From Bythopirellula sp. (GTDB lineage: Bacteria; Planctomycetota; Planctomycetia; Pirellulales; Lacipirellulaceae), in contig OZ244170.1 of the NCBI GenBank assembly GCA_965216565.1, positions 2,752,001 through 2,816,000 of the forward strand: a DNA stretch of 64,000 bases, in the 5' to 3' direction. Below the pieces are notes generated by a model, which saw only the letters and a program-made list of their open reading frames with translations, did not search any database and was not told the origin of the DNA. The first letter of the stretch is position 1. Each line of letters starts with the position of its first letter. Of this stretch, positions 51,977 to 63,946 are shown in pieces. The position numbers and the translations under genes were made by a program.

Positions 51977-52807
51977 AAGAAATTGACTAGAGAGGATCTA
52001 GATAGTGATTTATTCGAGAGCCGCAATTCGCATCTCACCGAGTAACAATTTGCGCAGAATGGTAGCGAGATTTGGCCAGTATGCCGAAAGATTCTGCGAC
52101 ACGTTTTTCCGCTAGAAATCAATTGCAGACCGGCCGCAAATTGCGCAACTTCCTCGCAGCAAAAAGTTTATTGCGATTTCCGATCTGGGTCAAGGTACGT
52201 TGGACGGCCCTGCCTCGTCGCAACTGTTTTACCAGCAACAGCTTACGAAGCCACCGGGGAAGACGAGACTGGGGCCAGACTAATAGAACCTAGAGGGGTC
52301 GGTCAGTAACAGCGAGAAGACTCCTAGTCATATTGCGCATCCGACGTGAGAACTTGGAACAAATCTCTGCAATCTCACTCTGCCAATCTTGAAGCAAGAG
52401 ATTGATTCATTCGCGGCGCGATTAGGATTCTACAGTACGGGAATCCACTAGAGAAAGCGATTGCAGGTTCACATGACGTATCATTTCGGATGACAATCTG
52501 TCCAATGGGCGTGGGAACTCCGGCAGCAATCTATACTACTGCCAATCTATTTGGCATAATCTACGCACTTAGGCGAGGGAAGAATAAAGCTACTTGTCCG
52601 TCGACATTACTCGTCAGTATTACGAAAAGTTAGGGTCGTGGCTCACTCGCTTTTCGAGATGCTGTGATCTATTCAAAGCTCAGGGCCTGACGGAGTTCGC
52701 TGAGGCGATTCTCGGTTAGGTACCGAACATTGTCATTCTTATATGGTGGTTTGATCGGTCTGACGGTCTCTCTATTGTTGAGTCCGGGGTGCAAGAAAGG
52801 TTTGAGT

Positions 52808-54178
52808 GTGTTGTCCGTCAATCGCATGAGAGTCAATATCGAACTGCTGCCTGCTGGAATGAGCTTGCAGCATCCGATCTTCGATGAGCAAGATAATCAG
52901 CTACTTGATGGTGGTGTACTGCTATCTGGTAAAGTACTTGAAGAACTTAAAAGCGGAGATCGGAAATGGGTGATGCTCCATACGATCGATGGGGCCATGG
53001 TCATCGGTATGGAAGAGGATTCTTCCGCCTCGAAGGAGGAGCCCGGGGAAGACTCTCATGGAAAACCGAAACGAATCTCACGTTCGATTCCCAGTCTGTC
53101 AACTGTTAATGCACGCGTGGAGTCGCTGACCGAAACTGCTTCGTATTCGGTAAAGAACCAAGGCCCGGCACTGAAAGAATCGGTGGTTAACAAGGGAACT
53201 TCGCCGTACGACAAAAAGCAGTTCGAAGAGCTCAAGGATCGATATTCCAAAGCCACCAAGGTGATCGACAAGCTTATTGACGATGTGTTGGCGGGCAAAG
53301 CAGATGATTCGCAGCCCCTCGATGCGGTTGCTGCAAGTCATGTTCGTGAACTAACCGCTGAAGACCCCGATCTTGCCCTGTTCACAGCGAGCAATCTTTC
53401 CTTGAGTCCCGAAATGGCGGAAAGATCGATCCGGCTTTCACTGCTTTCGATCGCCATGGCCGTCGATTTGGGTTTCGATGATTCGCACGTTCGAGAAGTC
53501 GGATTGTGCGCCATGGTTTGCGATTGGGGGAAGTACTTCTTGCCCGAAAGGCTCCAGGACGAATCGGCTTCTATACTGAGCCGGGATCTAGAAGTCTTTC
53601 AAGCACATCCGCTGTATACGGCCGAATTGATTTCTTCGATGGATGGAGTTTCACGGGAGGTCCGTCTCGCGGCCACGCAAGTTTTTGAAAACGCCGATGG
53701 CTCTGGATATCCCAAGGGACTCCAAGAGTCGAAGATCCACCCTTATGCCAGTGTGCTGCAGGTGGCGAATATCTATTTGACGCTAACCTCGAAGACGCGC
53801 GGGCGGGAACCGTATACTCCCTACGATGTCATGGTTTATCTGCTGCACCAAATCAAAGCGGGTCGTGTGTCTCAGCCGGCAGTACGAGCACTGTTGAATT
53901 CAGTCTCTCTGTTTCCAATTGGCAGCATAGTGGAACTGGAAGATGGCACGCACGCAAAGGTCATCCGTCGCAACCAAGCCGAATACACCTCACCGGTTGT
54001 GCAAAAAGTCGGTACTGATCACCAGCTGCGGTTTGATCAGGCTGAAAACGATGTTGTCGATCTGGCTGCTGCCAAACTGAAAGTTAAATCTGCCATCGCC
54101 TCGATTGAGCGCAACGAACAGCGGATCGACAAAGACCTGATGGACAAAGTGCTTTGGTCTGCGTCAGAAGAAGGCTAG
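52808..54178 (+). CDS. HD-GYP domain protein with degenerate metal-binding motifs
   Basis: DGSGYPKG present; HDxGK appears as CDWGK and HHE as VFE; SLFPIGS.V.L.DG tail. Start uncertain (52730, 52808 or 52826). Confidence 0.8.
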   Translation: MLSVNRMRVNIELLPAGMSLQHPIFDEQDNQLLDGGVLLSGKVLEELKSGDRKWVMLHTIDGAMVIGMEEDSSASKEEPGEDSHGKPKRISRSIPSLSTVNARVESLTETASYSVKNQGPALKESVVNKGTSPYDKKQFEELKDRYSKATKVIDKLIDDVLAGKADDSQPLDAVAASHVRELTAEDPDLALFTASNLSLSPEMAERSIRLSLLSIAMAVDLGFDDSHVREVGLCAMVCDWGKYFLPERLQDESASILSRDLEVFQAHPLYTAELISSMDGVSREVRLAATQVFENADGSGYPKGLQESKIHPYASVLQVANIYLTLTSKTRGREPYTPYDVMVYLLHQIKAGRVSQPAVRALLNSVSLFPIGSIVELEDGTHAKVIRRNQAEYTSPVVQKVGTDHQLRFDQAENDVVDLAAAKLKVKSAIASIERNEQRIDKDLMDKVLWSASEEG

Positions 54179-54245
54179 CGAGCCGAAATGCCTTCCATTC
54201 TCTGTGAAGAGTCAGCACCCATATTTTCAACGCATGTGTGGATCT

Positions 54246-54419
54246 TTACGCATTACCGCTATGGCGTTGAATGGTGTAACCCAACAAGAAAAGACCTACG
54301 GACATCACCAGAAACTGCAGCATACGTCCCGTGGAAATCGACTGGTTCAGCTGCGCCACCATCGCGAGTGGTGGAATGGTCAGCCCGGCTAGTTGGAGTA
54401 ATCTTGCTATGCTATGCAT
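54246..54419 (-). CDS. Small two-helix membrane protein
   Basis: MHSIARLLQLAGLTIPPLAM...FLVMSVGLFLLGY. Confidence 0.55.
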   Translation of the reverse strand: MHSIARLLQLAGLTIPPLAMVAQLNQSISTGRMLQFLVMSVGLFLLGYTIQRHSGNA

Positions 54420-54547
54420 GTTTAGCAACCTAACCGTGTAAGCTACACTTGGCAAGAGTGGCTATGCAGCGGTTGGGGGAGATTCTAGCTCCGCCCTCTC
54501 CTCCTTGGCCTTCATCGCATCATTCATCGATTCTTTCCAAGCTTACC

Positions 54548-54982
54548 ATGACTGCAAACGCTCCCGACTCCGATCGCCCTAGTTTAACTATGCTTATCTG
54601 GCGTGGTTTGCGTTTGCGATGTCCTGCGTGCGGCGAAGGCAAGATGTTTCGCAATTGGCTCACGATGCGAGACCCCTGCGAAGCGTGTGGCAGAAAGTTT
54701 AATCGGGCGCCAGGTTATCTATTAGGCTCGATCTATTTCAATTATGGCGCCACGGCAACGCTGGTCGTGTTGATGTACTTTGGGTTCTACCTCTCGGGAA
54801 TTCTCACTGGCAAGGCGTTGCTGGTGTTGCTTACCGTCTTCTCACTATTGTTCCCGCTGTGGTTCTTCCGCTATGCACGCGGACTTTGGATTGCCTTCGA
54901 CGAACTATTCGATCCCTGGCCCAACGAACAAGAAGTGCGTGTGCTAGACAAAGAGAAAGCCGACAATCCCGCTACGGAGTAG
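54548..54982 (+). CDS. DUF983-like Zn-ribbon membrane protein
   Basis: RGLRLRCPACGEG.MF, CEACG, then two hydrophobic segments and R.LWIA. Confidence 0.75.
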   Translation: MTANAPDSDRPSLTMLIWRGLRLRCPACGEGKMFRNWLTMRDPCEACGRKFNRAPGYLLGSIYFNYGATATLVVLMYFGFYLSGILTGKALLVLLTVFSLLFPLWFFRYARGLWIAFDELFDPWPNEQEVRVLDKEKADNPATE

Positions 54983-55277
54983 TCTCTACAGGATCGACCG
55001 CGTGCCCCGCTGCTAGAGCTTCCTGTTCTCTGGCTTTGCGAACCGAAAGATAGGCGAAGCTTCCAAACGTGCCGATGATAAGAAATGGCATCGACATCAT
55101 AAAAAGGATGCTATAGAAGTAGCCCGCGGCCATTGCCTGCGTGCTGGGGTCGTTCTCTGCCAAACCATCTTTGCAGGTGGGGCATGCTGCGGCATCACCA
55201 GCCATCCAGGCAATAAGCAGAATTGCCAATAGCGGTGCGACGACGCGGAGCAACATTGTTATTCGGTTTCGGATCAT
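54972..55277 (-). CDS. Small membrane protein with a CxxC motif, last gene of the cox operon
   Basis: Signal-like helix, ACPTCK, G..YSILFMMSMPF hydrophobic segment. Confidence 0.7.
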   Translation of the reverse strand: MIRNRITMLLRVVAPLLAILLIAWMAGDAAACPTCKDGLAENDPSTQAMAAGYFYSILFMMSMPFLIIGTFGSFAYLSVRKAREQEALAAGHAVDPVETTP

Positions 55278-55305
55278 AGGGCTATACCTCTTATCCAATT
55301 CTAGG

Positions 55306-55818
55306 TCAGACAGCTCCGGGCGGCCAGAGGTGATACAGCATCACATACACCACGACGCCTGTCACTGATACATAGAGCCAGATGGGAAACGTCCACCGAG
55401 CTAGCTTGCGATGTCGGCTTAACATGTGCAATCGCTCTTCTGCGGATCGTTTTTGAGCGTGAATCCAGCCCTGGCCCACCATGCCGGCGTAGATGGTCGC
55501 CACTGCCAGGAAGGGGACCGTAACCGCCAGAATGATGTGTGAAAAAAGAATCAGCAAGTAGGCATAGCGTATCGGACCGGGATGCGTGAACTTTACGCTT
55601 CCCACCTGATAGTGGTAGTACAAATAGCACGCGAGAAACAAGGTAGAGACCACAAAAGCAGTCATCATCACGCGCGCGTGGGCCTCTCGCTGGCCTCGTT
55701 TGATCAGGAGCCACCCGGCAATAAGCAGCACGGTCGCCAGACTATTGAGTGTGGCATTCACGTGAACCAGGGGATGCGCTGCAAATTCCTGCGCGAGTTC
55801 ATTCGGTAGTTCCATCAC
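55306..55818 (-). CDS. DUF420 family (CtaM-like) oxidase assembly membrane protein
   Basis: NATLN, H...M, FLACYL.YH, SHIILA and HRKLARWTFPIWLYVSVTG. Confidence 0.9.
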   Translation of the reverse strand: MMELPNELAQEFAAHPLVHVNATLNSLATVLLIAGWLLIKRGQREAHARVMMTAFVVSTLFLACYLYYHYQVGSVKFTHPGPIRYAYLLILFSHIILAVTVPFLAVATIYAGMVGQGWIHAQKRSAEERLHMLSRHRKLARWTFPIWLYVSVTGVVVYVMLYHLWPPGAV

Positions 55819-56552
55819 GCGGCGGCGGGCTCCTGCTGTGGAACTTCGGTCGACTCATTCTCTAAAGACTCATCCTCTAAATCTGACGAATCCGCCTCTG
55901 AGTCTGACGAATCCGCTGAGGGTTCGGCGGTTGATTCTCCGGTGGGCTTCTCAGCCTCTTCGTCCAATAACTTCAGCAGGAGCACACGAAGTTTTTCTAC
56001 TTGGCTCGTCCGATAGGCGTCGTACATACCTCGCACATTACCGTTCCGGTCGATCACTACAGCATAATCTTTGTGGCCTCGCCAACTAATGTCGACGTTC
56101 ATGAAGTCTTCACCGATCCGACGTATATAGTTAAAGTCCCCTCGACAAAAGAGCCATCGGTTGGGATCCGCCTGAAAGCTGTCGGCATACTCCCGCAGCT
56201 TGGGAAGTGTATCGGTATCGGGATCGACCGTGATACTCACCCAGGTGATATCCTCAAGTTCTTCGAGAGAATTCAGATACTTGATGTTCGCATTCAGCCG
56301 CGGGCAGGTTCCAGGGCAAGTGGCAAAGAAAAAAGTCGCGACCCACACCTTGCCTTTCATTTCGGCAGAGCGAAACGGCTCGCCACTCCGCTCAGTCAGC
56401 TCAAATTCTTCCAGCGGCGGACCCTCAAATTCCAGGCCACCCTCGGCGCGACTGGCTTGATACTGGTCCACTTGCCACAGTTTCCAACCGGCATATCCAG
56501 TGCCCACCAGGACCATCAACGCTAGCCAGTAAGGCAATGCTGAATTGCTCAT
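55815..56552 (-). CDS. SCO1/SenC copper chaperone
   Basis: N-terminal anchor, FFATCPGTCP, SITVDP..D, conserved His. ATG 56552 overlaps the upstream stop. Confidence 0.9.
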   Translation of the reverse strand: MSNSALPYWLALMVLVGTGYAGWKLWQVDQYQASRAEGGLEFEGPPLEEFELTERSGEPFRSAEMKGKVWVATFFFATCPGTCPRLNANIKYLNSLEELEDITWVSITVDPDTDTLPKLREYADSFQADPNRWLFCRGDFNYIRRIGEDFMNVDISWRGHKDYAVVIDRNGNVRGMYDAYRTSQVEKLRVLLLKLLDEEAEKPTGESTAEPSADSSDSEADSSDLEDESLENESTEVPQQEPAAA

Positions 56553-57340
56553 AACAAATCTCCTGTCGTCCGCGTCCCGGCAATTCGCCAGGCGGCCACG
56601 ACCATCAATACCGCGAAGATAATCGTCACCAGCCAGCAAATACCCAACGCGGGCAAGCTTTCCGTACTGATGTTCGTCTCCTGGAATTGTAGGTACCGAC
56701 GCAATCCTGCCACCCCATAAGTGAGGGGATTGAACCGAGAAATTGTCGTCAGCCAGCTACTGGGGTCGTCAGGAAACAGCGAACCAGACAGTAACCACAT
56801 GGGAAACAGGAAGACGCTCATGATGGCATGGAAGCCCTGCGTCGATTCCATCCGCCAAGCCAGCGTAAAGCCAAGCCCGGTTAGGGCCACAGCTATGGTC
56901 GCCATTAAGACAATTGCCGAGATGACCTCTAGCACATTGCTCGCGAGCCCCAGTGTCGCAGCGCCCAGCAGCAGAAACACGAGGGCCTGCAGCAGAGCGA
57001 TCGCGGCGCCGCCGATAATTTTGCCCAGCACCATGGCCCAGCGCGGGGCCGGTGCTACGAGGACCGACTGCAGAAAACCCTCGCGGCGATCTTCGATAAT
57101 CGAGATCGTGGCAAATATAGCCGTAAACAACAGAATCATGGCAATCGTGCCGGGGAAGAAAAATGCAAACCCCAGATCGTTGCTTCGAAGTCCGGCACTA
57201 AATAACAGCCAGAACATCACCGGTTGGAGAAATGCCCCAATCACTCGATTCCGCTGACGGAAAAATCGCACCAATTCCCGTTGTGCCAGCGTGAAAATCA
57301 CTGGCAAGGCGGGGACAGCGGTGACAGAATCGTTAGGCAT
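56549..57340 (-). CDS. ABC-2 type permease
   Basis: REL.RF.R, FFFPG, IEDRREGFL..VLVAP, LSG.LFP and NPLTY. Confidence 0.92.
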   Translation of the reverse strand: MPNDSVTAVPALPVIFTLAQRELVRFFRQRNRVIGAFLQPVMFWLLFSAGLRSNDLGFAFFFPGTIAMILLFTAIFATISIIEDRREGFLQSVLVAPAPRWAMVLGKIIGGAAIALLQALVFLLLGAATLGLASNVLEVISAIVLMATIAVALTGLGFTLAWRMESTQGFHAIMSVFLFPMWLLSGSLFPDDPSSWLTTISRFNPLTYGVAGLRRYLQFQETNISTESLPALGICWLVTIIFAVLMVVAAWRIAGTRTTGDLL

Positions 57341-57375
57341 GGGTGTTTGTTAATCGTTCGTTGTTAGTTGTATTT

Positions 57376-58341
57376 TTAGCTACGATTAGCCGTGTCGCCT
57401 CGCGACACAAGGCCCTCTTCACTCAAAAACCGATGCCCCGTCCGAGCAATAAAGACATCCTCCAGCGTCGGTTTTCCCACGGTGACGCTTTCCATCTCGT
57501 CCCCAAACGCTTCCCCCAATCGGCCGATCCACTGGTGCCCGTCAGGTTGCTCCAGTCGCACATTGCCATCGACCACGGTCGCCGCACAGTCGAACTTCTG
57601 TTGAATTCGCTCCGCCAGTGCTGCTGGGTCCGGAGTGCGGATGGTAATCGCGTCGCCGCCGATCGAAGATTGCAGTGCCGCTGGGTTATCGAGCGCCGCC
57701 AGTTTGCCACGATGCATGATGGCAATGCGGTCCGCCCGCTCTGCCTCCTCCAACAAATGCGTCGTCAGCACGATCGTCACACCTTGCTCTTTGAGCGAAT
57801 GCAAATAGTGCCACAGGTCGGCGCGGGCACCCGGATCGAGTCCCGTGCTTGGTTCGTCCAGCAGGAGCAATTGGGGACGGTGGAGTAGTCCCTTGGCAAG
57901 TTCGACACGACGCCGCAACCCGCCAGAAAGCGATTCGGCCAAATCGCCCGCACGATCTGCGATCCCCAGCGTCGACATCAACTCCAGGGCTCGCTCTTTG
58001 AGCTGATCGACAGACAATCCGTACAGTTGGCCCTGATAATAGAGGTTCTCCAACACCGTAAGCTTCTTGTCGAGGCTGGGTGCCTGGAACACGACGCCCA
58101 ACTTTTGACGCAGTCGATTAGCATCCTGTGCGAGATTGCTCCCCAGGATGCTTACAGCGCCTGATTGGAGTGGGATGAGAGTCGAGAGCACACGAAACAG
58201 TGTTGTTTTGCCACTGCCGTTGGGACCCAGGAAAACGAAGATCTCGGCCGCTTCGATTTCTAACGAAAGCCCGTCAACCGCCACCCGATCGCCATAGCGA
58301 TGCGTCAGCTCAGATACCACGATCGCCGAATCAGGGGTCAT
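57376..58341 (-). CDS. ABC transporter ATP-binding protein
   Basis: GPNGSGKTT, LSGG, LLLDEP and TTH. Confidence 0.95.
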   Translation of the reverse strand: MTPDSAIVVSELTHRYGDRVAVDGLSLEIEAAEIFVFLGPNGSGKTTLFRVLSTLIPLQSGAVSILGSNLAQDANRLRQKLGVVFQAPSLDKKLTVLENLYYQGQLYGLSVDQLKERALELMSTLGIADRAGDLAESLSGGLRRRVELAKGLLHRPQLLLLDEPSTGLDPGARADLWHYLHSLKEQGVTIVLTTHLLEEAERADRIAIMHRGKLAALDNPAALQSSIGGDAITIRTPDPAALAERIQQKFDCAATVVDGNVRLEQPDGHQWIGRLGEAFGDEMESVTVGKPTLEDVFIARTGHRFLSEEGLVSRGDTANRS

Positions 58342-58446
58342 GTGCGGAGGATGTAAAAGGTGGGATGGTAAAATGTTGATGGAAGATCAAACGTCTCAGC
58401 ATATCCCCACGCTTCGAGTATCTCCAGGTATTTCAGTTGTTACGCC

Positions 58447-58917
58447 TTAGTGGGCCGTATCTTCCTCGTGATCATCGCCACCGTGGGCAGCTTGTGTATC
58501 CTGATCTGAGGTGGCGGGTTCCTCGGCAGCGTAAATCATTCGGTCGTGCGAGGCATGGTACATCCGCAATCCTACGTCAGGCACCAATGCCAGGATCAGC
58601 AGCGCCGACATAAAGCTGGCCGGAACGGTAAGGACCCACTTCCAGTTGGCTTCCCACTTGAGATGCATGAAGAACATGATCACAAGCATCGCCTTCGTGC
58701 AGGAAACCGCCATCATAAATGCGCGGCTGACTTCCATCGGCACACTATTACGCCAAAACTCGAAGTAGGTGAGGAACGAAAGCGTCGACAATGCACAGAG
58801 TGCTACAAAAACCGCCATATAGAGACCAAAGCCACCGTGGTGCTCATGATCATCATGGTCAGCGGCATTGTGCGTTGCGGCATCGTGCGTTGCGGATTCG
58901 TTTTGGGAATCTGTCAT
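58447..58917 (-). CDS. ctaF: Cytochrome c oxidase subunit IV
   Basis: His-rich N-terminus, Y..VF.AL and KA.LV...FMHLKWE. Confidence 0.88.
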   Translation of the reverse strand: MTDSQNESATHDAATHNAADHDDHEHHGGFGLYMAVFVALCALSTLSFLTYFEFWRNSVPMEVSRAFMMAVSCTKAMLVIMFFMHLKWEANWKWVLTVPASFMSALLILALVPDVGLRMYHASHDRMIYAAEEPATSDQDTQAAHGGDDHEEDTAH

Positions 58918-58927
58918 AGGGAATCAC

Positions 58928-59941
58928 TTAAAAAAGATACAGCAGCGGAAATAGGAAAATCCAAACCAAGTCGACAAAGTGCCAGTAAAGCCCCACATTT
59001 TCGATGACGCCCGCGGCAGCCTTATCGAGCGTCATCATGAGCAAGATGCCAAACGCGATAAGTCCTACCACTACGTGCAAAGCATGAAAACCTGTGAGTA
59101 GAAAATAGGTACTGGCCCACATGTTGCCGCCGGGGATCATGATGGGCAGTTTCAACCAAGGATGCTTATCATTGAGCCCCACGGCGTGTCCGCCCCCACC
59201 CGTTTCGGCGGAGGCTAATCGAAACTTCGATGAAGACTTGCGAACCATTTCGTCGTGCCCCCCATGAGCTGCGGCGCCATGTTTTTCATGAACACTCGCG
59301 CGCGGGTAAATGTCATTGGCCAACTTGAGGAGCAGCTGTCGCCCCTCGGGGGACTCAGGCGAATTGCGAATGGTGACCTCCGCTTTCTCAAGCTGCATCA
59401 GGAGGTCGTCGACCACTTGCAAGTCTTCGGCAGCTTCGGGGGCCTCGGGGTCGCCTTGTTTCTCTTGCAGGCTAACTTTCAATTCCCCTAATCGCTTTCG
59501 GACCGCCTGGGCGTAGTAGACGTCGGCTTTTTCGTAAATCTGGCTATGCGGAGCCTGCGGATAAATTCCGTGAGAAAACTTAGCCTTGTATTCGAACGCT
59601 TTGACGCCCAAGAAGACGGTGCCCAGTATCAAGGTGAGAAACATCCAGGCTTTGGCCGAGGAGGCATTGTTCTTTTTGGCTTCTTCCAACGAAATGACGA
59701 TCGTTACGCTGGAGCAAATCAGAATAAACGTGTTGATAAAGCCCATGAATTCAACAAGGTGCACGTCATGCGTGCTGGGCCAGGAGATGGCACCAAATCG
59801 CAGCACAATGTACGTGCCAATCAAGGCCGCGAAGAACATGATTTCTGTCGAAAGAAACAGCCACATAAACGTCTTACCGTTGGAAATCGGCAAGGCGGGC
59901 TGGTAATCGAACATGGGTCCGTGATGGTCTTTGTCGCTCAT
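58928..59941 (-). CDS. ctaE: Cytochrome c oxidase subunit III with a large soluble insertion
   Basis: [27 protein letters not shown] and [11 protein letters not shown]. Confidence 0.92.
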   Translation of the reverse strand: MSDKDHHGPMFDYQPALPISNGKTFMWLFLSTEIMFFAALIGTYIVLRFGAISWPSTHDVHLVEFMGFINTFILICSSVTIVISLEEAKKNNASSAKAWMFLTLILGTVFLGVKAFEYKAKFSHGIYPQAPHSQIYEKADVYYAQAVRKRLGELKVSLQEKQGDPEAPEAAEDLQVVDDLLMQLEKAEVTIRNSPESPEGRQLLLKLANDIYPRASVHEKHGAAAHGGHDEMVRKSSSKFRLASAETGGGGHAVGLNDKHPWLKLPIMIPGGNMWASTYFLLTGFHALHVVVGLIAFGILLMMTLDKAAAGVIENVGLYWHFVDLVWIFLFPLLYLF

Positions 59942-59970
59942 GATTTCATTTTCTTAATGTGGCTCGGTTT

Positions 59971-60072
59971 AACCACGAATAAACACCAATCTGCACTAAT
60001 TATTCATTTTTTGAATAACGATTTTGTTCTCTGCGTTATTCGCATTCGTGTCATTCGTGTTGATTCGTGGTT
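59971..60072. repeat. Inverted-arm element built from CACGAAT-type 9-10-mers
   Basis: Left AACCACGAAT aaacaccaat ctgcactaat; right attcgtgtc attcgtgttg ATTCGTGGTT. Confidence 0.75.
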
Positions 60073-60105
60073 CAAAGAATTTCTCGGTTTGTCTTATTCG
60101 AGTGG

Positions 60106-61014
60106 TCACATCGTGACAATTAGCAGCATCGCAAGCCAGGCGGGCAGATACAACAACGTAGTCCGCAGCAACACCCGAGCCGATGCCTCGTCTCGCAGCA
60201 AAGCAAATCGTAAAGCAAAGGCAAACTGTATGAGCCCCAATCCTAGTGCCCAGACGAAATAGATGAAGGAACCGTCCCCCACGGACGACAACGCCGGAAT
60301 GAGGCTGACGGGAATCAACAGGGAAGCGCCAACCACTGCCTGCGTGGCCGTCCGCCAACCTAAGGGATCGACTACAGGTAGCATTTGATGTCCGGCCGCC
60401 GCATACTCGCGACGATACATCCAGGCAATTGCCATGAAGTGGGGAAATTGCCACAGAAACAAAACGCCAGCCAGAGCAAACGCCTGCAACGAAAGCGGCG
60501 CTCCGGTGGCCGTCCAGCCCATCAATAGGGGGATCGCCCCAGCAACTGCACCCACCGCAGTGTTAAGCGGGGTACGGGTCTTTAGTGGTGTGTAAACAAG
60601 GACATATAGAATCCAACAGGCTACACCTAGCGCCGCTGTGAGTAGATTGACTTTCCAAACTAACCACCCGACTCCCACGACGAGAGTTATTGCCGAGAGG
60701 AGGACTGCCTCAGCCGGGCTGACCCGACCTGCGGGCAGAGGTCGTCCTGCGGTGCGTTTCATTCGGGTGTCGATATCGCGTTCCCACCATTGATTGGCAA
60801 TGCTCGCGCTCGCCGCCACTAAAGCCGTTCCCCACAAGGCGTGCAGCAGAGCAGCCAACTCAAGGCTATGCGGTGCGGCCAGGCAGGCGGCCGCGGTGGC
60901 AACGATCAATTCCAAAACCACGATTCGTGGTTTGGTAAGTTCCAAATAATCGGCAAGCCGCGCAGCAACGGTCGTTTGACGACCTTCGGCGGTCAGGATG
61001 GAGGCCATGTTCAT
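60106..61014 (-). CDS. ctaB: Protoheme IX farnesyltransferase (heme o synthase)
   Basis: LTKPR, NQ..ERD.D..M.RT..RPLP, YTPLK and WQFPHF. Confidence 0.95.
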   Translation of the reverse strand: MNMASILTAEGRQTTVAARLADYLELTKPRIVVLELIVATAAACLAAPHSLELAALLHALWGTALVAASASIANQWWERDIDTRMKRTAGRPLPAGRVSPAEAVLLSAITLVVGVGWLVWKVNLLTAALGVACWILYVLVYTPLKTRTPLNTAVGAVAGAIPLLMGWTATGAPLSLQAFALAGVLFLWQFPHFMAIAWMYRREYAAAGHQMLPVVDPLGWRTATQAVVGASLLIPVSLIPALSSVGDGSFIYFVWALGLGLIQFAFALRFALLRDEASARVLLRTTLLYLPAWLAMLLIVTM

Positions 61015-62051
61015 AGTGCAGCCTCCATGGCTCTGTCGCTATTAGTGACTCCGCTATTAGTGACACTGTTACCGGTAACGCGAGCCGAAAGAGATACTCC
61101 CGACAGCCTTGCGAAACGCAATGCAATTGCCAGCGACGTGACCAGGATCAGGGAGCCGACCGCCACATGGCTCGTGATGATCGCATTCTGCAGCAAATCT
61201 GCTTCGCGATGTACAAACGGCATCTCGCCAACAATGGCCACTGCCCATTTAGGAACGCCGTATTTGATCACCCAGGTTGCCAGACCCAACATGATTTGCA
61301 TGGCGACAAAAGCCGCCAACATCAAACCCCCGAAAGACTGGCTACGCTGGCGCACGCATCGCCATGCCAGAAGCAATATGTGGCCCATTAGCAATATGGC
61401 CAAAAAGACATGGAAGTAAACAGCCACTTGGAATATGGACGCCGCAACTTGGTTGGTGAGGTACGGACTATGCCGAACAACTGCACCGACGACGAGTTGC
61501 AAGTATGCCATCACCGTACAAAGCACTGCCAAACGCATCGCGGCACGCGTTTTATTATCGTTCTTTTGCATGGGCGTACTTTTCCACCACTTCGAGGTAA
61601 AGACAACCATTGCCACGCACAGCGAGAAAAACAGCGGGCCCGTACAGCCGTGCACGAGGGCCAAAGTGCGTTCGTCGAGCACAATTCGCATCCCACCAAG
61701 CACGCCTTGCAGGATGACCCCTGCGAGAATCACCAAGCTGAACTTACGTACCCAACTGCGTGATTCCGTTCGCCACGTAACGATGACGAGGGCAATCGAC
61801 AGGATGCCGGCTAACATCCCCAGCAGGCGGTGTCCGTGTTCGACGAACTTATCGCCTGCCGAACTGAGCCAGGGGTACAGCGGCATCAAGTGCCCGTCGG
61901 AAGTCAACCAATCGCGAAACGCCATGCCGGCGTCCGTGGTCGTGACAAATCCGCCCACCCAAATCAAGGGGAACGTTGCGCACACCAATAGCCACGCTGC
62001 ATAATGAGCGGCCTGGCTACTTTCCGGTTTGTGCACATCGACGGTTGGCAA
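61011..62051 (-). CDS. ctaA: Heme A synthase, COX15/CtaA family
   Basis: GG.VTT.DAGMA..DW, EHGHR, QG.LGG and conserved His residues. Start is TTG 62051 or GTG 62036. Confidence 0.9.
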   Translation of the reverse strand: MPTVDVHKPESSQAAHYAAWLLVCATFPLIWVGGFVTTTDAGMAFRDWLTSDGHLMPLYPWLSSAGDKFVEHGHRLLGMLAGILSIALVIVTWRTESRSWVRKFSLVILAGVILQGVLGGMRIVLDERTLALVHGCTGPLFFSLCVAMVVFTSKWWKSTPMQKNDNKTRAAMRLAVLCTVMAYLQLVVGAVVRHSPYLTNQVAASIFQVAVYFHVFLAILLMGHILLLAWRCVRQRSQSFGGLMLAAFVAMQIMLGLATWVIKYGVPKWAVAIVGEMPFVHREADLLQNAIITSHVAVGSLILVTSLAIALRFARLSGVSLSARVTGNSVTNSGVTNSDRAMEAAL

Positions 62052-62055
62052 CGGA

Positions 62056-63849
<1,794 letters not shown>

Positions 63850-63870
63850 AATAATGCTCGGTATTCAATT

Positions 63871-63900
63871 AGTTTCGAGTCACGAGTTTCGAGTTTCGAG
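63871..63900. repeat. Heptamer tandem repeat (AGTTTCG-type x4)
   Basis: agtttcg agtcacg agtttcg agtttcg ag. Confidence 0.7.
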
Positions 63901-63946
63901 AATTGCAACAAACAGGTCTCTCGTAACCCAGAGCTCGCCCCTCTTG

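Noticed and set aside
55880..55916. Short repeat TCTGACGAATCCGC x2
   Set aside because: It encodes the acidic low-complexity tail of SCO (ADSSD twice).
59996..60454. 152-aa minus-strand ORF ending in RINTNDTNAN
   Set aside because: An alternative frame of ctaB running into the intergenic repeat element.
61035..61063. GCTATTAGTGAC x2
   Set aside because: An in-frame micro-duplication (VTNS twice) in the variable C-terminus of CtaA.
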